This document shows positions 48,064 through 61,600 of a DNA stretch of 64,000 bases, piece by piece. Made by a program: the position numbers and the translations under genes. The notes under the pieces are model-generated. The model worked only from the letters and a program-made list of their open reading frames with translations. It ran no database searches and was not told the DNA's origin. Each line of letters begins with the position of its first letter. Positions within the stretch are counted from its first letter, which is position 1. Origin of the DNA: Neoechinorhynchus agilis (lineage: Eukaryota > Animalia > Acanthocephala); contig CM121341.1 in assembly GCA_051530055.1 (NCBI GenBank), positions 12,812,784 to 12,876,783 on the forward strand. Reading direction: 5' to 3'.

Positions 48064-49319
48064 CATTTACCGGGTGTATACCTAAACAATAATTCCAATC
48101 ACATTCCCCGGTATCTCACATATCGACATTTTTGTAATCTACTTCATTGCATAAAGGATATATTAAACTATATCTTCTTTAGCGCCTTCATCAAAAGATG
48201 TTAAAAAAACTTATATGTCCGACAACCTAAAAACGTTCACCGCAATCTTTTGCGATTTTTCTTCAGACCCAAAAGCTAAGACCTATCAAAGGAAATGCCC
48301 TCTAACCTCCGAATTCATAGTTCAAAAGTTCTATGAGCGCCTTCATTCTCTTCCTAATCAAATTTCTACTACAGATTTCTCCTTTTACTCACACTTTCAA
48401 CACTCACGTCGCTCTGACATTTTCCATATCCTTCAGTTCCTCGTACAGCGCTCGATCTCCGCTCTTTATTCCCCACCGCTCAATTGCCGCCGAAGAATGA
48501 AGGGACTGCCGGAATTGGGCGATACGGCAGGCTCTTAAGTAAGAGAGGTATACCCGACCCAATCGACCAATGGAAAACCCAGCAATGACATTTATCAGAA
48601 CTGAATTCGTTGATGATTTTTGTTCTAATCTGATACGCAGGGCAGACTTGGAAATTCAAAATGCCCCGTTCGCCTATGGCATCTTTAAAAGAAAACTGTG
48701 GTATACCGCATCTGTGGACATGATTGTTGGTGTTTTTCCAAACTCTGACAATTACGAACACAAATCACACACACCCACAATCACATGCACGCAATCATGT
48801 ATGTGCGCGAACCCGTCGCGGACATGCATTATCGAACTTATCACATTTCCTCCCCCATCAATTCTTAGCTGGTTTTCCGGTACTCATCGTAGGGCAGGAT
48901 GGGCAGTCTTCGACGTCGTTGACTTCCTCTTAGGACCGGAATTGCTAGTCCCTGAATCATATCCCGTCCATCCGCTGTTTCCCTACCGGCCTGCCTCGGA
49001 TCATTCCATTCCCTTCCTCTGCTTTGATTTCCGCCTTTCGTTATTCCTCTTTTTCGGTTTTTATTTCGATCCTTTCTGAAGCTCGATCATTTTCTCTTCG
49101 TCTAACAAAATCCCCATGAGTACTATTTTGAGTTCCATTTTGGTCTGAGATTCGGTACGATACTGGTCCTTATCTTCGTTCCACGATTCACTTTCTGCAT
49201 TCTCCTTTTCTTCCTCGTTTCCACCATACCTGATTGCCTTTCTCGAACTCGCTATAATTCCCCACAGGTCTGTGAATCTGCCTTCGACTTGATTGGCCAC
49301 TTACAATTTCCTCGATCTT

Positions 49320-49633
49320 CGATCTGAGGTTATCGGACATCGTGTTCAATCTTCTTCCTAACAGTATTTCTGCGGGAGCCTTTCCCGTGATCGCATGAGA
49401 CTGTTTCTATATGTTCGCAAGAATTCGTTCAGTACCTTCCGAGTGTCCGTTGTTGCGCTCGCCATTCCTCGTCTTTTTAATGTGCCAATAAAACGTTCCA
49501 CCAGCCCATTCGTTTATGGGTGATAAGGACTCGCTTGAATCACCTCGATACCGTTTCCTTCGAAATACTCGGTAAATTGGCGTGCCATAAATTGTGGTCC
49601 ATTATCACTAACGATTTTCTTTGGTATTCCGAA
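49320..49633 (-). mobile_element. Gypsy LTR-retrotransposon integrase fragment, degraded
   Basis: GIPKKIVSDNGPQF..SPYHP*TNGLVERF..TGKAPAEILLGRRL. Confidence 0.88.
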
Positions 49634-50409
49634 CCCGTTTTCCATCAGGCCGATCTTGTGCATACAACTACTGAAGAATTCGATTCGTACCTGGTAGATC
49701 ACAGGAAGAAAACGCTCAATGAATTGATATCAGAATTTATTGGTTCAAGTTCGCTCCCTAAACGATGGGTTAATGCCTATTTTCAATTCACTGATCCTTC
49801 ATTTGAGCTTGAAATCGAAGTTAACGGAAAGTGGCTAGATATCTTGGGTTGTGGACTATTCCGAGCACCAATTTTTCATCGGGCTCAACCTTCACTGAAA
49901 ACAAAAGCTTGGGCTGCAGGAATGGGCATAGAGCGCATTGCGATGAGAAATTTCTAGACTAGTTTCGGTATGAATATTGTAATGGCGACCAGAATGGTTT
50001 GCGTTGGAGTCCCCATCTTCTTTCAATAGAACTTTAAATACGTCATTGTGACGATCATCGAAATCCGCCCTAGAGCCCGTCCTGGTTTCTCGCTATGTGA
50101 AATCCTTCACAGCAGCAGCATCGATCAGTTCGTATCCTCCGTGTATAATGGACATTTCGTTTTGACTTCCAGAGAAACCTGGAAAAAATGTTGAAGTTGA
50201 CTTCGTGAATGCACTAAAGATCTGGGAAATTCGGTCCAAACAGTCAAACTCATCGATAGTTACAAGTGTCCAAAAACACGGCGAACAAGTATTTGCTTTC
50301 AATTGTTCTATCAATCTTACGAGAGAATTTTTTCTCAATCCGGGTTAGTAAATACCACGATGCAATCCGATTTGCGGTCGAACATCAATTGGGCGGAAGT
50401 GTAAGGTAA
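49634..50409 (+). pseudogene. FARS2: Mitochondrial phenylalanyl-tRNA synthetase pseudogene (C-terminal half)
   Basis: PVFHQ..RWVNAYFQFTDPSFELEI..WLDILGCG..GMGIERIAM, then the FDX-ACB domain YPPCIMDISF*LPE..VKLIDSYKCPKTRRTSICF..YERIFS with a stop and frameshifts. Confidence 0.85.
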
Positions 50410-50629
50410 TACCGTTTTCATAAAGTTTATCCACCAGAGTGAGCAAAGTCTTTTCAATTTGTTAACTCTCTTTTTGTCGCTCTGAATCCGTCCTTTCGAC
50501 GCAGCTGTTAGAGCGATCCAGAGCGGCGTTTCGTTGAGAAATTCGCTACCACAACAATTGATGAGGCTTATTAGCCCGACTGAACCGGCAGCACGTTCCG
50601 AATATTATCCAATGTAGAAAAAAGTCTAC

Positions 50630-50880
50630 ACTTAGTCCTTCCTGAATGATGCCACGCTTGGAGGTAACCCCTCTGCAGTACTGCGCGATTGGGAGACACT
50701 CGTGAACGAGACGGCGAAAATCTTTGATTGAATTGAATGCTGCGAAATGCGAGATTTTAGTGATGAACGTGGAAGATGAGGCGTCCAGGCAAACTATCGT
50801 GAAAGATTTTCAGAACCTGGCCCCCGAGATAGAATTGATCACTCCAGACCGGTTGAGTCTTCTAGGAAACTGTATTTTTT
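50630..50880 (+). mobile_element. CRE-like RT fragment
   Basis: DDATLGGNP..ELNAAKCEI; similar to 4360-4590. Confidence 0.8.
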
Positions 50881-51129
50881 GTTCTCATGTTGAAACAGAG
50901 ATTGTCAATCTTCGTCCGCAACTAACGCCCTCTTTGTTCCAAAATTGCTGTATAAGCTGCGCACAACACCTTTTTTAGACATAAGGATAGGCTTGCAAAA
51001 TTAGACGAGACTGAGAGCCTCTTTTGAGAAAATTTTAGACCTAACGTCAAGCGTCATTGCCTGTGTCGTCCGGCGGTTTCTCTGGCAGCTTATTTGGGAT
51101 CGTATGAAGCAAACCGCAAAATAGTTAAA

Positions 51130-51900
51130 CGCTCCTACGTAACCTTGACAATAATTCCTCTCACGTCACCCGTCTCGTTCAACTGAGCTCATCGAAAGCT
51201 TTCGATTCCGTAGACCATTCACTACACCTTTAGGCCTGTTCTGATTTCGGTCTGAACGCATGGCAGAACTACTGGCTGTCCTCTTATCTTTACAATCGCG
51301 AACAATACATTCAGTACTGGGCTACCTCCTCGATGATCAGCCTATCCTTCTCCAAAGGCGTACCTCACGGTGCCGTCCTGTCACCACTTCTTTTTAATAT
51401 TTTCTTAAACGAACTTAAACCTCTCTCGTATAACTCTAAACTTTTCTTATATGCTTACGATCTCTCCCGCATCGCTCAATCACCTCTCTTTAACATTTAA
51501 CAAAATCATGCACATAAAAGATTTCTGCACTAATCACAAACTCTACATGAACTTCTCTAAATGCTTCGAAATGATCCCTTCGATCTTCCGCAACCATAGA
51601 CCCTACCCCGATCTTCCAAATGACATCCGACGAGTCGCCTCCCTTAGAATTCTGGGTCTCCAATTCTAATCAAATCTGAAATGGGAATCGAACACAGCAT
51701 TATCCCTCAAACGTTTCCGCCATTTAGGAGTCCCTTCGCCCGATCCCTCAAAAGTTTACTGCGGCTTTATTTTACTCTCCCTCATCTACGGCTATCCCGT
51801 CTTTGTCAACCTTGCCCATTTACAAATCCGACGCCTTGAAACGTTTCACAAAGAATAGCCTCTAAAATCTGCACAGTTGATATCCCCCGCTCAACGAATG
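51130..51900 (+). mobile_element. CR1/L2-like LINE RT fragment, degraded
   Basis: GVPHGAVLSPLLFNIF, LYAYD (mutated YADD), LRILGLQF. Confidence 0.8.
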
Positions 51901-52437
51901 CCTTGGTAAAAATGTTCAAAAACAATCGGCAAAATTAGACGAGACGGTGAAAGTCTCTCTCGAGAAAATTTTAAATACTCAGCTGTCAGACGAGGCCAGA
52001 CACCCGAGGGGAACCATTGAAGACGAATGAATATTTCAACTGATTGTATCATTCATTTAACTTATATAACTATCATTCGAATAAAATGCTCTATGAAATT
52101 TCCTATTACGTTTATGTAAATACATTTGTTTCGGTTCTTTAGAATTTGATTGGAATTATTTTCACTTAACCGGTGATTTGGCTTATTCCCTTCAATTGTT
52201 TCAACCTGGCGATTCAATATGGCCTCCATAATAACACGATCCAATTTTGTTTCACTGCGCGCCTCGATGACTTGGCCTTGTTGTGCGAAATGGTTGAGTA
52301 TTGCGGAACTTGCATCGGTGCCTCTCCTCAGAGCGTGTAAAAAATAAACGGCTGATTTTAGCACACAAGCGCTGGTCTGCGCTAAATACCCACGAACTTT
52401 TCGGTTATCGAGAAGGCGAGGCACGTTTTATTGGCCA

Positions 52438-53433
52438 ATGAAATCCGTCGAAGATGTACGTTTGGTCGTGAAGAAATGTGAAATTTGCTCACAACTGAAG
52501 CCGGCCATTTTCAAGAGCAATGTTGGCACTCTGGTTCAAGCAAGGCGACCTTTCGAGCGCATTTCGAAAGGGTCCTCTACCTACGCGAACTGCGAGATCA
52601 TATTTATGGCAATAGACGAATATAGCCAGTATCCTTTCGCATTTGCATGTAAAGATGCGTCATCAGACTGTGCAATAGCATGTATAAATTCTATTGTCTC
52701 CTTTTTCGATGCACCGGACTTCATCCATTCCTATAAGGCAACCTCGTTCATGTCATACAAATTTCGGAAGTATTTTATGGAAATAGGGACATCGTGCAGT
52801 CATTCCAGTCCTTACCACCCAATCGGAAACGGTCAGGTTGAACGTTTCAGTGTAATAGTGTGGAATGCTGTCAGATTAACATTGAAAGATAAAGGAATGG
52901 ATTTGGCAGAGTGGGAGACAGTACTGCCCGAAGTATTGAATTCAATAAGGATCCTGACAAGCACTGCTACTGGAGAAACTCCACATGATCGAGTTTTTCA
53001 ATATCAAAGAAAGCCTATGCTTAAATTCAGTTTGCCGAGTTGGATTAAACCAGGCTCTGTTTATGTCAAAAAATTCAATACGACGAACAAGAACGATGAC
53101 AAAGTGGAGGAAGCTACAATAAAAAGTATTAATCCTTACAATGCGCTCATCCGGCACAAAGATGGCAACGAAGGTGTAGTCTCGACCAAAGACCTAGACC
53201 GACGCCCACATAATCAGAGTGCCAATGAAGAAATGGTTAATTCTAACGGTTCCGGAAAAATCGATGAACCAGATACAAATATCGATATAGGCCAAGTGAA
53301 CGCAGAAAGTTCAGACCAAACAGGTGCGGAAAGAAATCTTGACTATAAGATTCAAGAAGGTGCGAAGGATGATACTAGAGCGAATAATGAAGAAAGCGAG
53401 CATCGATTTGTACGCCAAGGGGGGAGAATGTAG
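52438..53433 (+). mobile_element. Gypsy integrase, degraded, with a polypurine tract and the start of the 3' LTR
   Basis: CEIC zinc finger, AIDEYSQYPFAF, SSPYHPIGNGQVERF, TGETPHDRVF; AAGGGGGGAGAA (53417-53428) followed by TG at 53429. Confidence 0.9.
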
Positions 53434-53559
53434 CGATAAATCTAAATTACGTTACATAAGTGGTAATCAATATTGCAACTATGTAACGCACATTAATGTT
53501 GAACGTTTAAGTTGCCCGTACAGTTTATCGACATGTGCAGTTTTCAATGCCAAGAAGAT

Positions 53560-56500
53560 TGCACTGCTCATCTCAATGTCACTCAGAAACCTCCCGACCC
53601 TCCTGATGATTGTGAGGGTTTTAAGGATAGCGGCATAAGGTCGCCCAATACATTAAAGATACCTATCTCTTCGGATAGACTAAAGGAACTTAGACTTCAT
53701 CAATCACAAGTCAGCTCGACCAAACATAAGTATTTGAAACTTCCTACAAAAAATGGCCCTTCGCCATCACTATTATTTCAAACCCGATTTTGCCCAGAGA
53801 ATCCCTTTATAAGGATTATCTCGGACTTTGGCTTAAAACCTTCAACGACGATGTCCAACGTGTTTCACACATTACTTACTTCGGCGGCAGGTTAAAGATT
53901 CACTTGATAAACGATGCATTCAGACTTCAACTCGAATCATTTTTGGGAACTCGTGACAGTTCAAAGGTCTCAATTATAGATTCATCCTACGAATCGACTT
54001 TCATAGTCTCCGGCCTCTCTCCCGATATCGATGATGACGACAGGCGGGCCTTCGAAAACAAATTTAATTGCAAAATTGTTTTCTTTTTGAAATCAAATAA
54101 AAGCGGAAAACCAATACCAAGAGCAGTTGTAAAAGCCACCATTGGATCACGACATGAATTGACATCCAGTAGATGTTTTTTCAACTCAATGGAAATTAAA
54201 TTCTCAGAAAATGAGATTTCCCGCATGGATGACTTTACCTTTCCCAGATGTGCTGGATGTCAGGAATGGGACACTGGGTACAACAATGCGCTTCCAAGAA
54301 GATCGTCTGCGCTTTTTGCGCTGAATCTCACCATAGTAATGCTTGCCCCAGAAAGTTAAAGAAATGTGCGAACTGTGACAATTTTGGTCACTGTGCCTTC
54401 GCGAAGTCATGCTTAGCGTTCAAAGAATACGCTAATTGGGCCTTGAATCAAATGTCGCTAGCGCAGATCAGCAATGGTGTTAGGCCTGTCAGGAATTTCA
54501 CTTCCAGCGAAAACACACAACGATGGCATTCAACTTCTATCCTTCCTCCTTCGACAAACCACTCAAACAAGTTAATTGATAATAGCGCATCATCAAATAA
54601 CATCTCCTTTTCGAATCTCGACCGTGTCTTAAACGACTTCTCGGCAAATATTATAAAGATGGTAGACCTCAGAATTACGACGCCTATCAACAATCTGGAA
54701 AAACGGATAGAAAAGCACCTAAATGCCCTTACTTCAACTATCTTACAGAGCTTTAATCGGCTAAATCATGCATCGGTCGAAGGTACATCTTCAGTAGCCA
54801 AACGACCTCTTGATCAATCGTTGGAATGCGTCGATGTGGAAGGAGATATCGATATGAACGTTGACGAACTCTTTGTGAAACAAATAATTGACGAGCAAAG
54901 AGTAGTATGCGACGAGGGTATCTCTGATTTAATCAAGAGACAAAGAGCAATATTATGACAGAAGTAAGGTTGGTACCGTGGAACGCAGGTGGTCGAGCCA
55001 GTTTGCCCAATATAGCATCGACAGCCCATAATGCCGAAATAATTTTCATTCAAGAAGCCAAATGCGTATATCGCTTGGCAGATCTGCCCGACTCTATAGC
55101 GAATCTCGGCTCTAATTCCTTAATCTTCATTACTCCTCCATTTAAGCCCAACTCCCAGGGCCTATTATCTATTTTTAGAGCCAGTCTCATTCCATCGCTT
55201 ATCTGTAACTTTGTCAGTTTGGATTTATCTTATGCTCTTTTTTCTGTAATCCCCGATTGTAAAAAAGTTTCGGTGGCGAATGTTTACGTTCAACCAAATA
55301 AAATTCATCATAGAGCTATCAAAGACATACTTAAAAGTCCATTGCTCTCGGGGATCGATCTCCTTTTCGGCGATTTTAATGACCCATCCGGTAAGTGGAT
55401 TCGAGCGATCGCTCGTATCACTGACCATCATGAAGTTATTTGCCCTCCTCTCCCAACTTTCATACAAGAGGTTGCTCGTTCTTATATGCATAGCAAAGAA
55501 AGGCTCGCATTTGAGGCCAATAGTTTCCTCACAAACTGCATTTTTTTAATAGCTGTGGACATGATGCGATCCTATGGAACCTCTCAAATAACTCCCTATT
55601 GAATAGGAAATTCAAACTGGCTTCACATAATATCCACTTTTTTAATTTGGCTGCTAGGATATCCCTCAATACCAGTCAATCATCTTCTCTTTACGAAATA
55701 AATAATGCCCTGACCGAAGCAAGTGACTCATTTCTGACAGTAGTGTCTAAGCGCAATTTCGCGTCTACTAAGCCTCGGCTTCTGAATTTATATGGGAAAC
55801 ACTTGTTTTTAGCTCGTTCGAAGGGTAATCAGGTAGCAGCTAAGTTTTGGTCTTCCCTTCATTGGCCATGTCGGTCTAGATATCAAATGTCGTGTGATAT
55901 AAGAGCGATGGAGTCTTTAGTTCCCTACTCCTCTCAATGGTGGCGAATAGCAGCCAAAAAAGTTTTGTCTCCTGGAAGAAGGCGGCGGGCGCCTGGATTA
56001 GGGAGGCTGGGCTTCCCAGTGTGGTGGCCGATCTGCGCACAGAACATTCAGCTGGTTGCTCTAACTTCCCAGTCCATCTCGAGTTTGTGCCCATCAAACG
56101 CCATAAGCTAAATCTTTCTGCTAATGACATAATTAAGGTTTGGCGGCCAAAAAATCTCTCCTCCTCAAATAGTAAATCCGCTTCCTTTAAGGCCACAAAT
56201 GTTCTATCTGAAGAGAATGTTGACTATATAGCAAGGGCCTTGGTACGAGCTCCGCCACAAGAGTGGGTTTCGATTAATCTGGCAAAACGCATATTTCTAG
56301 TGAAAGACAAACATCGAAAAATATCATCAGTCAACGATGTTCGGCCTATCTCCATACAAAACTCCTTAGTCTCGATTTACGAGAGAGCTCTTGCCCGATA
56401 CATTTTGGAGTTTGCGGTAAAGCACAATTGCGCTGACCCACGTTGCCACGGGTTTCTACCAGGGAAATCGGTGCACTCAGCAATTAGGGAGATAAGCAAC
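53560..56500 (+). mobile_element. APE-RT LINE copy A: gag-like ORF1 (3 CCHC) plus ORF2 endonuclease and RT N-terminus, frameshifted
   Basis: PPDPPD; CAGCQEWGHWVQQC / CAFCAESHHSNAC / CANCDNFGH; WNAGG, IQEAK, GDFND; RPISIQNS, HGFLPGKS. Confidence 0.88.
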
Positions 56501-56545
56501 TGTTCGCTGGTAATGGGTATTCCAGCAAGGACATTGCCAGGTTGG

Positions 56546-57300
56546 TAGCTGGTGCGAGGAAAATAGAGAGAAGATTCGATCGACGAAGTAGACTAGCAGA
56601 GGAAAGTCTACCAGTCCTAAAAGTGCCATTCGTCGATGAAAGATTCACGACTGAAGTCAAGAAAGCGTCGCGGCAATGCAAGTTAAAAGCGCGAGTTGTC
56701 CACAGGATAGGGCCATCACTCAGACAGATTTTGACGCAGACCGAGCACCACGAGGATCAAAATCGTTGTCCGAAGACATGTCTGATGTGCCACCATTGCA
56801 GCCCTTCAAGGAACGAAGAAGGACGATTCCTCGGACCGTCTTGCCAATCAACATGCGTGGTATATAGGATGTTGTGCCGGCTATGCAAGGACGAAGGACG
56901 GACAGCGTCCTACGTTGGCAAGACGGAAAGAACATTACGTTCACGTGTGACGGAACACGTGCGTAATGCGCGCAATCCGACAGCTCCGTCACACCGATCG
57001 ACCCCATGGGCTACCCATTTCGCTACCTCTCACGTTGGTGCCAGCCCAGCCTTCGAGATTGAGGTGATGCATAAGGCATCCGATCCGGTGGATCTCTCGA
57101 TTGCCGAGGCGCTATGCATTAATCGTGGGGGAGTAGTTGGATTAGGTGGGGTTGTGAGCAGCAGGGACAGACACAACGAGGCAAAGGGCATGCTCAATAA
57201 GAGGATCATCGAAGGGAAGCTCCCTGACGAAGACGCAAGGCGTCGAAAATTTGGAGTATTAAGAAATAAAAAACACCCATTTTTCCGAAGGATGCCATAC
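56546..57300 (+). mobile_element. Penelope-like element 3' portion (RT thumb, GIY-YIG, pLTR)
   Basis: LKVPFVDE, VVYRMLCRLC..SYVGKTERTLRSRVTEH, LSIAEALCIN; hammerhead and AATAAA downstream. Confidence 0.9.
57219..57257 (+). ncRNA. Intact minimal type I hammerhead ribozyme motif
   Basis: GCTCC-CTGACGA-A-GACGC AAG GCGTC-GAAA-AT-T-T-GGAGT; 5-bp stem I; predicted cut after 57252. Confidence 0.82.
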
Positions 57301-57339
57301 GTCCCCCACTAATTGGGACTTCATCCCGATTATACATAG

Positions 57340-58516
57340 GAGGTTCGATTTGAAATCGTCGGACATAGCTAGCTCGTGGATGTCTAAGAATTTATCCTCA
57401 CACAACGGATCTTCCTTACCTTTCAAGGCGACAAATGTCCTAGATCAAGCAAATGTTATCCGCCTCTCACAATTGATGGTCTCTGCTTCCCTTGAGGAAT
57501 GGGCCGCAATTAATATGGCCAAACGTATTTTCGTATTGAAGAATAAGCGCAAAAAGATTTCCTCAGCTGACCAGGTTCGACCTATCTCGATACAGAATTC
57601 GTTAGTGAGTATATACGAGCGATCGCTGGAGAAATTCATTTTGTACTTCGCACTTGAGCACAATTGCATTGACAATCGCTGCCATGTTTTTTTACCTGGT
57701 AAGTCAGTGCACTCTACAATTAGGGAGATTATTAATAATTTCTCTACGAACGTTAGTTCAATGAACATTTTAATTACCTTCGATATTTCGACGGCATTTG
57801 ATAAAATTGATTTAAATTTTATCGTCAATATGCTTCGATTTTTTAATTCCCCATTCAGCATTATAGCTCGAGTCAATAACACTCTAAGGTCCAAGTTTTT
57901 TTACTTTTTCGATGATCCATCACGCACACTTTACTATCCTACAAAGGATTTTCCACAAAGATCGCCCTTATCTCCATTTTTATTTTGTGTGGCTTCTCAA
58001 TTCATCAGACAAAATTGCTCTATCTGCCCTTCGATCGCTCTTTATGCAGACGACCTGAATGTTGTTCTTAAAGAGTCAAACTATTTAAGTGCGATTGCCA
58101 AATTATCTTCATTACTCACTTTTCTAATTGACAAACTCAAGCAAATGGGTCTATCCCTAAACCCAAATAAAACAAAATTTATCATGAAATCGAAATCCGT
58201 GATAGGAAAACGTGACGGTCAACCTACCACTAAAAAGATTGAGATTCTTGGTTATACATTTACGAGCAATTTGAAAATCAACAATTACATGAACATGATT
58301 AAGAAGCTTCTAAGAATCGCTAGAATCAAAGCTAAACGAGCCTATAAACTAGGTCTCGAACCTAAGTCGATCAATTCAGTCTGGAATTCATGGGCCATGT
58401 CGGGCCTTGTCTTCTTCTCTAGAGGCATACCGCCAGAACAACGCCTGCAATTCCTCGATGCCTTTCTCATCGCCCTACATAAGCTTCCCGACCCCTTCGG
58501 TCAGCACCTCTCCTAG
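57340..58516 (+). mobile_element. LINE copy B, 5'-truncated RT of the same family
   Basis: RPISIQNS, FDISTAFDKI, FPQRSPLSP, YADDL, LSLNPNKT, ILGYTF. Confidence 0.9.
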
Positions 58517-58668
58517 CCCGCGTCAAAAATGTTAAAATGGTTGGACGTGTAAGTGACTAACGCGATAATGACTATGTCTCACACTACAAATTATTCGCCT
58601 GCCTTCTTCGAATATATCAGTTTGTTTGTTTAAGTTGTCCGAGTCAAAAATTCAATGTTTTCACTACT

Positions 58669-61600
58669 GTGGCGGAGGGTGACAAACGGCCACCCACAGA
58701 GCTTCAACTTTCGTCTTCAAAAGGCGATATGCATCAGATTAGATGCTATGATCGGCCTTTCAAAAAAGACAATTACGTATCTAAAATAACCGCTGTCCCA
58801 ACCTCAACCAAAGAGGCCACTTGGGGACTTTTCCTTAAGCCATGGTTAAATACCAAAAAAGATAATATAATAAGAATTAAATTTACGTCATTTTGGAACG
58901 GTACCTTGAAAATAGTCTTTACAAACAAAATGGAAATGGAGGACTTCGAAGCCTTCATAAAAGAACGTATCGATGATCGGCATTTCAGTCTACAATCCTT
59001 CAGAAACAAAGCTACTTTCATTGCACACAACATCGAGAGTTTATCCTCACCTGAAACGATTAAAAAATTCGAGGAACAATTTCAGCTCAAGTTTAAATTC
59101 TTTTTTAAATCCAGGAAGACGGGAAAGACGATTCCAGTGGGAGTAGTTGAAACCGACACTGACCATATGGATACTCTATGCTCACGCAAATGGATCTTTC
59201 AATGTATGGAGATTAGTTTCTCAAAAAATTCCAATACAGATTCTAACCTCGTCTACCCACAATGCAATATATGCTTACAGTGGGGGCACTGGAATTAAAA
59301 CTGCCCCAATAAAATCCAAAAGTGCTGTTTTTGTGCGGAGGAGCATCATATGTCAACATGCACTAACAAAACGAGTGAATGTGCCAACTGTGGTGGATCT
59401 CACAGGAGCTACTATAAAGGTTGTCCCCGTTTTAAGGCTTATGTGGATGCCGGGAAGGCGGATATCGAAATTAAAAGAAATCAGAGCAGTGAAAAGACAA
59501 TCCTTTCATCACCGTCCTATCAGACAGGAACGATTGCTACTACAAAGTATGCCGTTCAACCAACCCACCTAATCTACAATGAAGAAGAGTAATGTCAACG
59601 AATCTTCGATAAAGTATTACACGACGTAACACATCGCATATCGACACTCTTCAACAGCCTTCAGAATCAAATTGCACAGCAAATTCAAAGTATGCTTTCG
59701 ATCACGATTCCGAAGACCATTATCAACCCGACAGCGAATGACGGGAACCAAGTACAATCAGGACTGAATAAGAGGCAAAGAATACTCGCCAAAGACAATA
59801 AAACAAGCGGCAGAAATTCACGACGCTCGAACAATGTATCAAACAATAGACATATCACTAGCGACTCTGACGCTGCGATGGACGTTATAGAATGACAATG
59901 AGTGGGTCCTCGCCCGCGCCGCTCAATTTACACTGCTTACAATGGAATTCGTGTGGAGCCGCGGCTCTAAACAGGTTAGATATTTTTAACTACGTTACCG
60001 AAGATATTATTTGTATACAAGAGGCCAAAAAGGCAGCAGTAGGTTTTTATGTTTTACCACAAAAGTTTACATTGGAATGCGATGTATTCCCAACATTTCC
60101 CTGGAATGCACATTCAAGTAGTCTTAGCAATTTTCAAAAAACACCATTCAGCCTCCCTTATCCAAAATTATATTAGTGAAAATCTATCATATGCTATCTT
60201 CAAAATTCACTCTAATGGGAAGGAGTTAATGTTAGTTGGAAATGTTTATGTACGTCCGAAGTTCATACATAAAAAAGATACGAAGGACATTATTAGTAAC
60301 CTTCTAAGTTTAGGCAATATCGTTTTATTTGGCGATTTTAATGACCCGTCAGGAAAATGGACGAAAGCAATAGCCAATAGTGAAAGCACTCATGTGTTTT
60401 TAACTCCCACCCAACCCACATTTCACAGGGTATCAAGTAATGTTCATTCTTGGTTGGATGGATGCTATGCTCCTTCCAACAGACAGGAAAGCACTACGGT
60501 TGTGAAACAGTGTGCTTTATCGGAAGCATGTTATCACGATATCATAACCTGGTATTTATCCAACGACAAGTCCCTAACTCGTAGATTCCGATTTTCGCCA
60601 ATTAATGTAGCCTTCTTTAACTTCGCCATCAAAAGTTCTCTTTTCGTACATCTGATTCTCTATGACTGGAATTCTTTACTTTTTAATCTTTCAAATAACT
60701 TTCTATCTATCCCCAATCATTCATCAAGAGGAGCAGTTTCCTCTAATTATCTGAGGTACTGCGCATCTCAAATTAAAATAGCCAATATAAACCAGGATGC
60801 CCCAATGCAGAGACTGCGGTCAAACACATATTGGACTTGCAATTACAATCTACATTTGAAGCAGCATCGTAACGTAATGAGGAATCTATCTTTTTCGATG
60901 AAATCCTTTTGGCGCGTCCTGAAGAACACGAAATTTATCAGATGGAAAGACAAAGCGTTGAGATGGATCAGGTCTGTATCCTATAAGGTGGTATTGGATT
61001 TTATCACAAGCAAACTCTCTTTTGGAGCAACAAATGATTTACCGTCTGATAATTGGTTAAACCTCCCATTACTCAGATCATTGAATGAAGGAGATTTACG
61101 TGAGGATAATATTTTAGAAGCCTGGAATAGTACGACAACGTTTTCATCGAATAACGTAAGTGCCCCTAGTAAATGTCTAAGGTTTATAGAACCTTCAATT
61201 CGTCCTTTAATCGCTTCTTGCATGTTTAAAGCATCAAGGGAAGATTGGTTGCGTATTAATCTCGCACGAAGAATTCTTCTCGTTAAAGCGAAAAAGAAGG
61301 TGGTCAATTCCTACTCAGATCTAAGTAAGACCTATTTCAATTCAAAACGCCTTAGTATCTCTTTACGAGAAGGCTATTGCCACCCGTTTAATGGACTTCT
61401 GTATTAAAAAGGATACTATCAACAATAACTGTCCAGGTTATTACCAAGGAAGATCTGTTACCTCAGCAACCAGAGATATAATTCCCTTAGGAACGAAAAT
61501 TTTAGGTATCGATGCCTTATTTCATTTTATTTTGCTGCAGCATATTACAATATTGATCTGCAATTTTTACTAAGCTATATGGTCCTTCTTAGTATTCCAC

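Noticed and set aside
50164-50166. TGA read as Trp (alternative genetic code) in FARS2
   Set aside because: TGA is the ordinary stop of DHX36 and DUF866 here, and the same region has frameshifts
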